From Bacteroidota bacterium (lineage in GTDB: Bacteria; Bacteroidota; Rhodothermia; Rhodothermales; Bin80): a DNA stretch of 64,000 nt. The notes under the pieces are model-generated. The model did not search any database and had not been told where the DNA came from. It worked only from the letters and a program-made list of their open reading frames with translations. How positions within the stretch are numbered: position 1 is the first letter of the stretch; each line of letters begins with the position of its first letter. Below, one piece after another: positions 62,398 to 64,000 of the stretch. The DNA lies in NCBI GenBank assembly GCA_028873925.1, contig JAPPNA010000038.1, positions 20,013 to 84,012 of the forward strand. Reading direction: 5' to 3'. The position numbers and the translations under genes were made by a program.

Positions 62398-64000
62398 AAT
62401 GTTGTGCATTTGCGGTGTGGCTGGTTTTCCCGGATTTAAAATCCTGGCTCAGGACGTATCCTATGACGTTCAGTTTGAGGGCAATTGGACCACGCAAAGC
62501 ACGCCCGGGGGTGTTGTCGGCGGTGCACATTTCACAACGTTGATAGGAGCCGTCCACTCGGGTGATGTAACCTTCTGGGAGGTAGGCGGGATGGCGACCC
62601 GCGGGGTGGAGTTGGTCGCCGAGCTCGGATCCATTTCTCAATTCAGGAGCGAGGTGCAAGCCAGCACGCACACCAAATCCGTAATCCAGGCAGGGGTCGG
62701 AGGCGGGGGCACCGGTACGGCCAGCTTCACTATAACGGTATCTCCCACACACCCGGAGGTCACGCTGCTTTCCATGATCGGCCCGAGTCCAGACTGGTTT
62801 GTAGGTATTTCGGATGAGTCTCTGTTGGATGGGACTCAGTGGAGGCAAACGCATGTGGTGGATCTTTTTCCGTACGATGCGGGCACCGAAGAAGGCACCG
62901 AATTTGTGCTTAGCAATGCGGCAACCAGTCCTCAGGAGACCATTACCAGTATCAAGGGAACCGGAAAGTTCTCCAATGTGCGTATGGCGCGCCTGACCTT
63001 TACATTGACAACCCCAATCAGCAACAGGGAACCCACGGCTTCCGCCAGCTGCACACCGTGCACCGTCAAGCGGGGCGAGGAGGTGGAGTTGTCGGTGACA
63101 GCCTCAGACCCGGATAATGATCCGCTGACGTACGCATGGAGTGCGCCCTCGGGGCGTTTTGTCGGGGACACGGATGAAGCCACGGCTACCTGGGAGGCCG
63201 GGTCAACCACTGGGCAGGTGACCCTCAGCGTGAAAGTATCGGATGGTCAGGGCGGCTCCGCAACGGCCACGGTACAGGTCACCGTTACCAACAGCACCCC
63301 CAGCTTTGACCAAAGTAAATATGATTTTGACCTCGATGAGAATGCCAGCGGGCAGACACAGGCCATTTCATTGGGACAGGTGTCTGCGAAAGACGCAGAC
63401 GGAGACGCGCTGACCTATTCCATTACCAGTGGTGCGGGTACTCGATTTACCATCAATGCGGGCACCGGGCAGGTGAGCTATGTGGGGGCGGGGGAAGACT
63501 ATGAGACTACGCCGAATCAGTATGCGCTTGCGATCCGTGCGCAGGATCCGCTCGGTGCCCGGGCAGAGGCCGCTGTTACGGTCAGCGTGACGGATGTAAA
63601 CGAATTGCCAACAGCTGCCGCCTCTTGTGATCCGTGCACGGTGGATCCGGGCGAGGAGGTGGCGTTGTCGGTAACTGCATCGGATCCGGAAGGTGATCCC
63701 TTAACGTACGCGTGGAGTGCGCCTTCGGGCCGATTTGTCGGGGATACGGACGAAGCAACGGCTACTTGGGAGGCCGGGTCAGCGCGCGGCCGGATAGAAA
63801 TCAGCGTGGAGGTGTCCGCTGGACAGAGCGCCTCCACAACGGCCACGGTACAGGTCAATGTTGCCAACAACACCCCCAGCTTTGACCCGACCAGCTACAC
63901 GTTTGATCTCAACGAGAATTCCAGCGGACAGTCGCAAGCCATTTCATTGGGACAGGTATCTGCGAAGGATGCAGACGGAGACGCGCTGACCTATTCCATT
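62398..64000 (+). CDS. Secreted spondin_N domain protein followed by repeated PKD-like + cadherin-like modules (partial, continues beyond the window)
   Basis: Absent from the ORF track because it is open at the window end. Hand translation gives MLCICGVAGFPGFKILAQDVSYDVQFEGNWTTQSTPGGVVGGAHFTTLIGAVHSGDVTFWEVGGMATRGVELVAELG...LLSMIGPSPDWFVGISDESLLDG...DLFPYDAGTEEG, which is the spondin_N pattern. It is followed by ...DPLTYAWSAPSGRF... and ...AKDADGDALTYSI... modules. Confidence 0.8.
63035..64000 (+). repeat. Tandem in-frame 576-bp (192-aa) coding repeat (PKD-like + cadherin-like module), at least 1.7 copies in the window
   Basis: The Cys codon at 63050 recurs at 63626, and GCGCTGACCTATTCCATT at 63407 recurs at 63983. 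The offset is exactly 576 in both cases. The protein modules are near-identical in their conserved blocks. Confidence 0.85.

Noticed and set aside
62294-63873. Minus-strand ORFs 62294..62854, 62932..63210 and 63517..63873
   Set aside because: They are antisense to the plus-strand spondin_N/PKD/cadherin reading frame, which has strong family motifs and an exact in-frame tandem repeat.

Overview
High-GC bacterial chromosomal segment. The gene content (TAT-signal Gfo/Idh/MocA oxidoreductases, DUF1080, ThuA, a haem-binding dehydrogenase-like protein, several Cys-type sulfatases) suggests Rhodothermota/Balneolota/Bacteroidota or a PVC-group organism, but this window cannot resolve the lineage.

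Layout:
(1) 1-3.8 kb: start of the dcw cell-division cluster (mraZ-rsmH-ftsL-ftsI, minus strand), with a phased GTGGG triple repeat upstream of mraZ.
(2) 4-15.3 kb: alpha-glucan phosphorylase plus a secreted glycan-processing set (sulfatase, multidomain haem protein, CBM9-like, DUF1080, Gfo/Idh/MocA).
(3) 15.3-38.2 kb: a composite defence region. It holds a HepT/MNT toxin-antitoxin pair attached to a decayed hsdM remnant, bracketed by an imperfect ~150-bp direct repeat that copies the 3' end of the flanking Gfo/Idh/MocA gene. Next is a 932-aa single-polypeptide nuclease-like + N6-adenine methyltransferase protein. A stranded GMC-oxidoreductase gene pair follows. Then comes a complete type I-G (formerly I-U) CRISPR-Cas locus (cas3-csx17-csb1-csb2-cas4/cas1-cas2) with a 79-repeat array.
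(4) 38.5-52.2 kb: an HU gene and a tightly packed ~13-kb, 10-gene minus-strand sugar oxidation/isomerisation operon.
(5) 52.5-55.9 kb: a solitary 1120-aa type IIG / helicase-less ISP-like restriction-modification candidate.
(6) 56.7-60.4 kb: two sulfatases and an SDR whose ORF runs in frame into the second sulfatase.
(7) 61.1-64 kb: a decayed ISL3 transposase and a partial spondin_N/PKD/cadherin surface protein built from 576-bp tandem modules.

I did not find a clearly novel multi-gene system. The best second-look candidates are the two large fused methyltransferase proteins, the repeat-bracketed TA/hsdM scar, the uncharacterised small ORF inside the cas operon, and the repeated spacers in the array. 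All family calls rest on motif recognition by eye; no database search was run.
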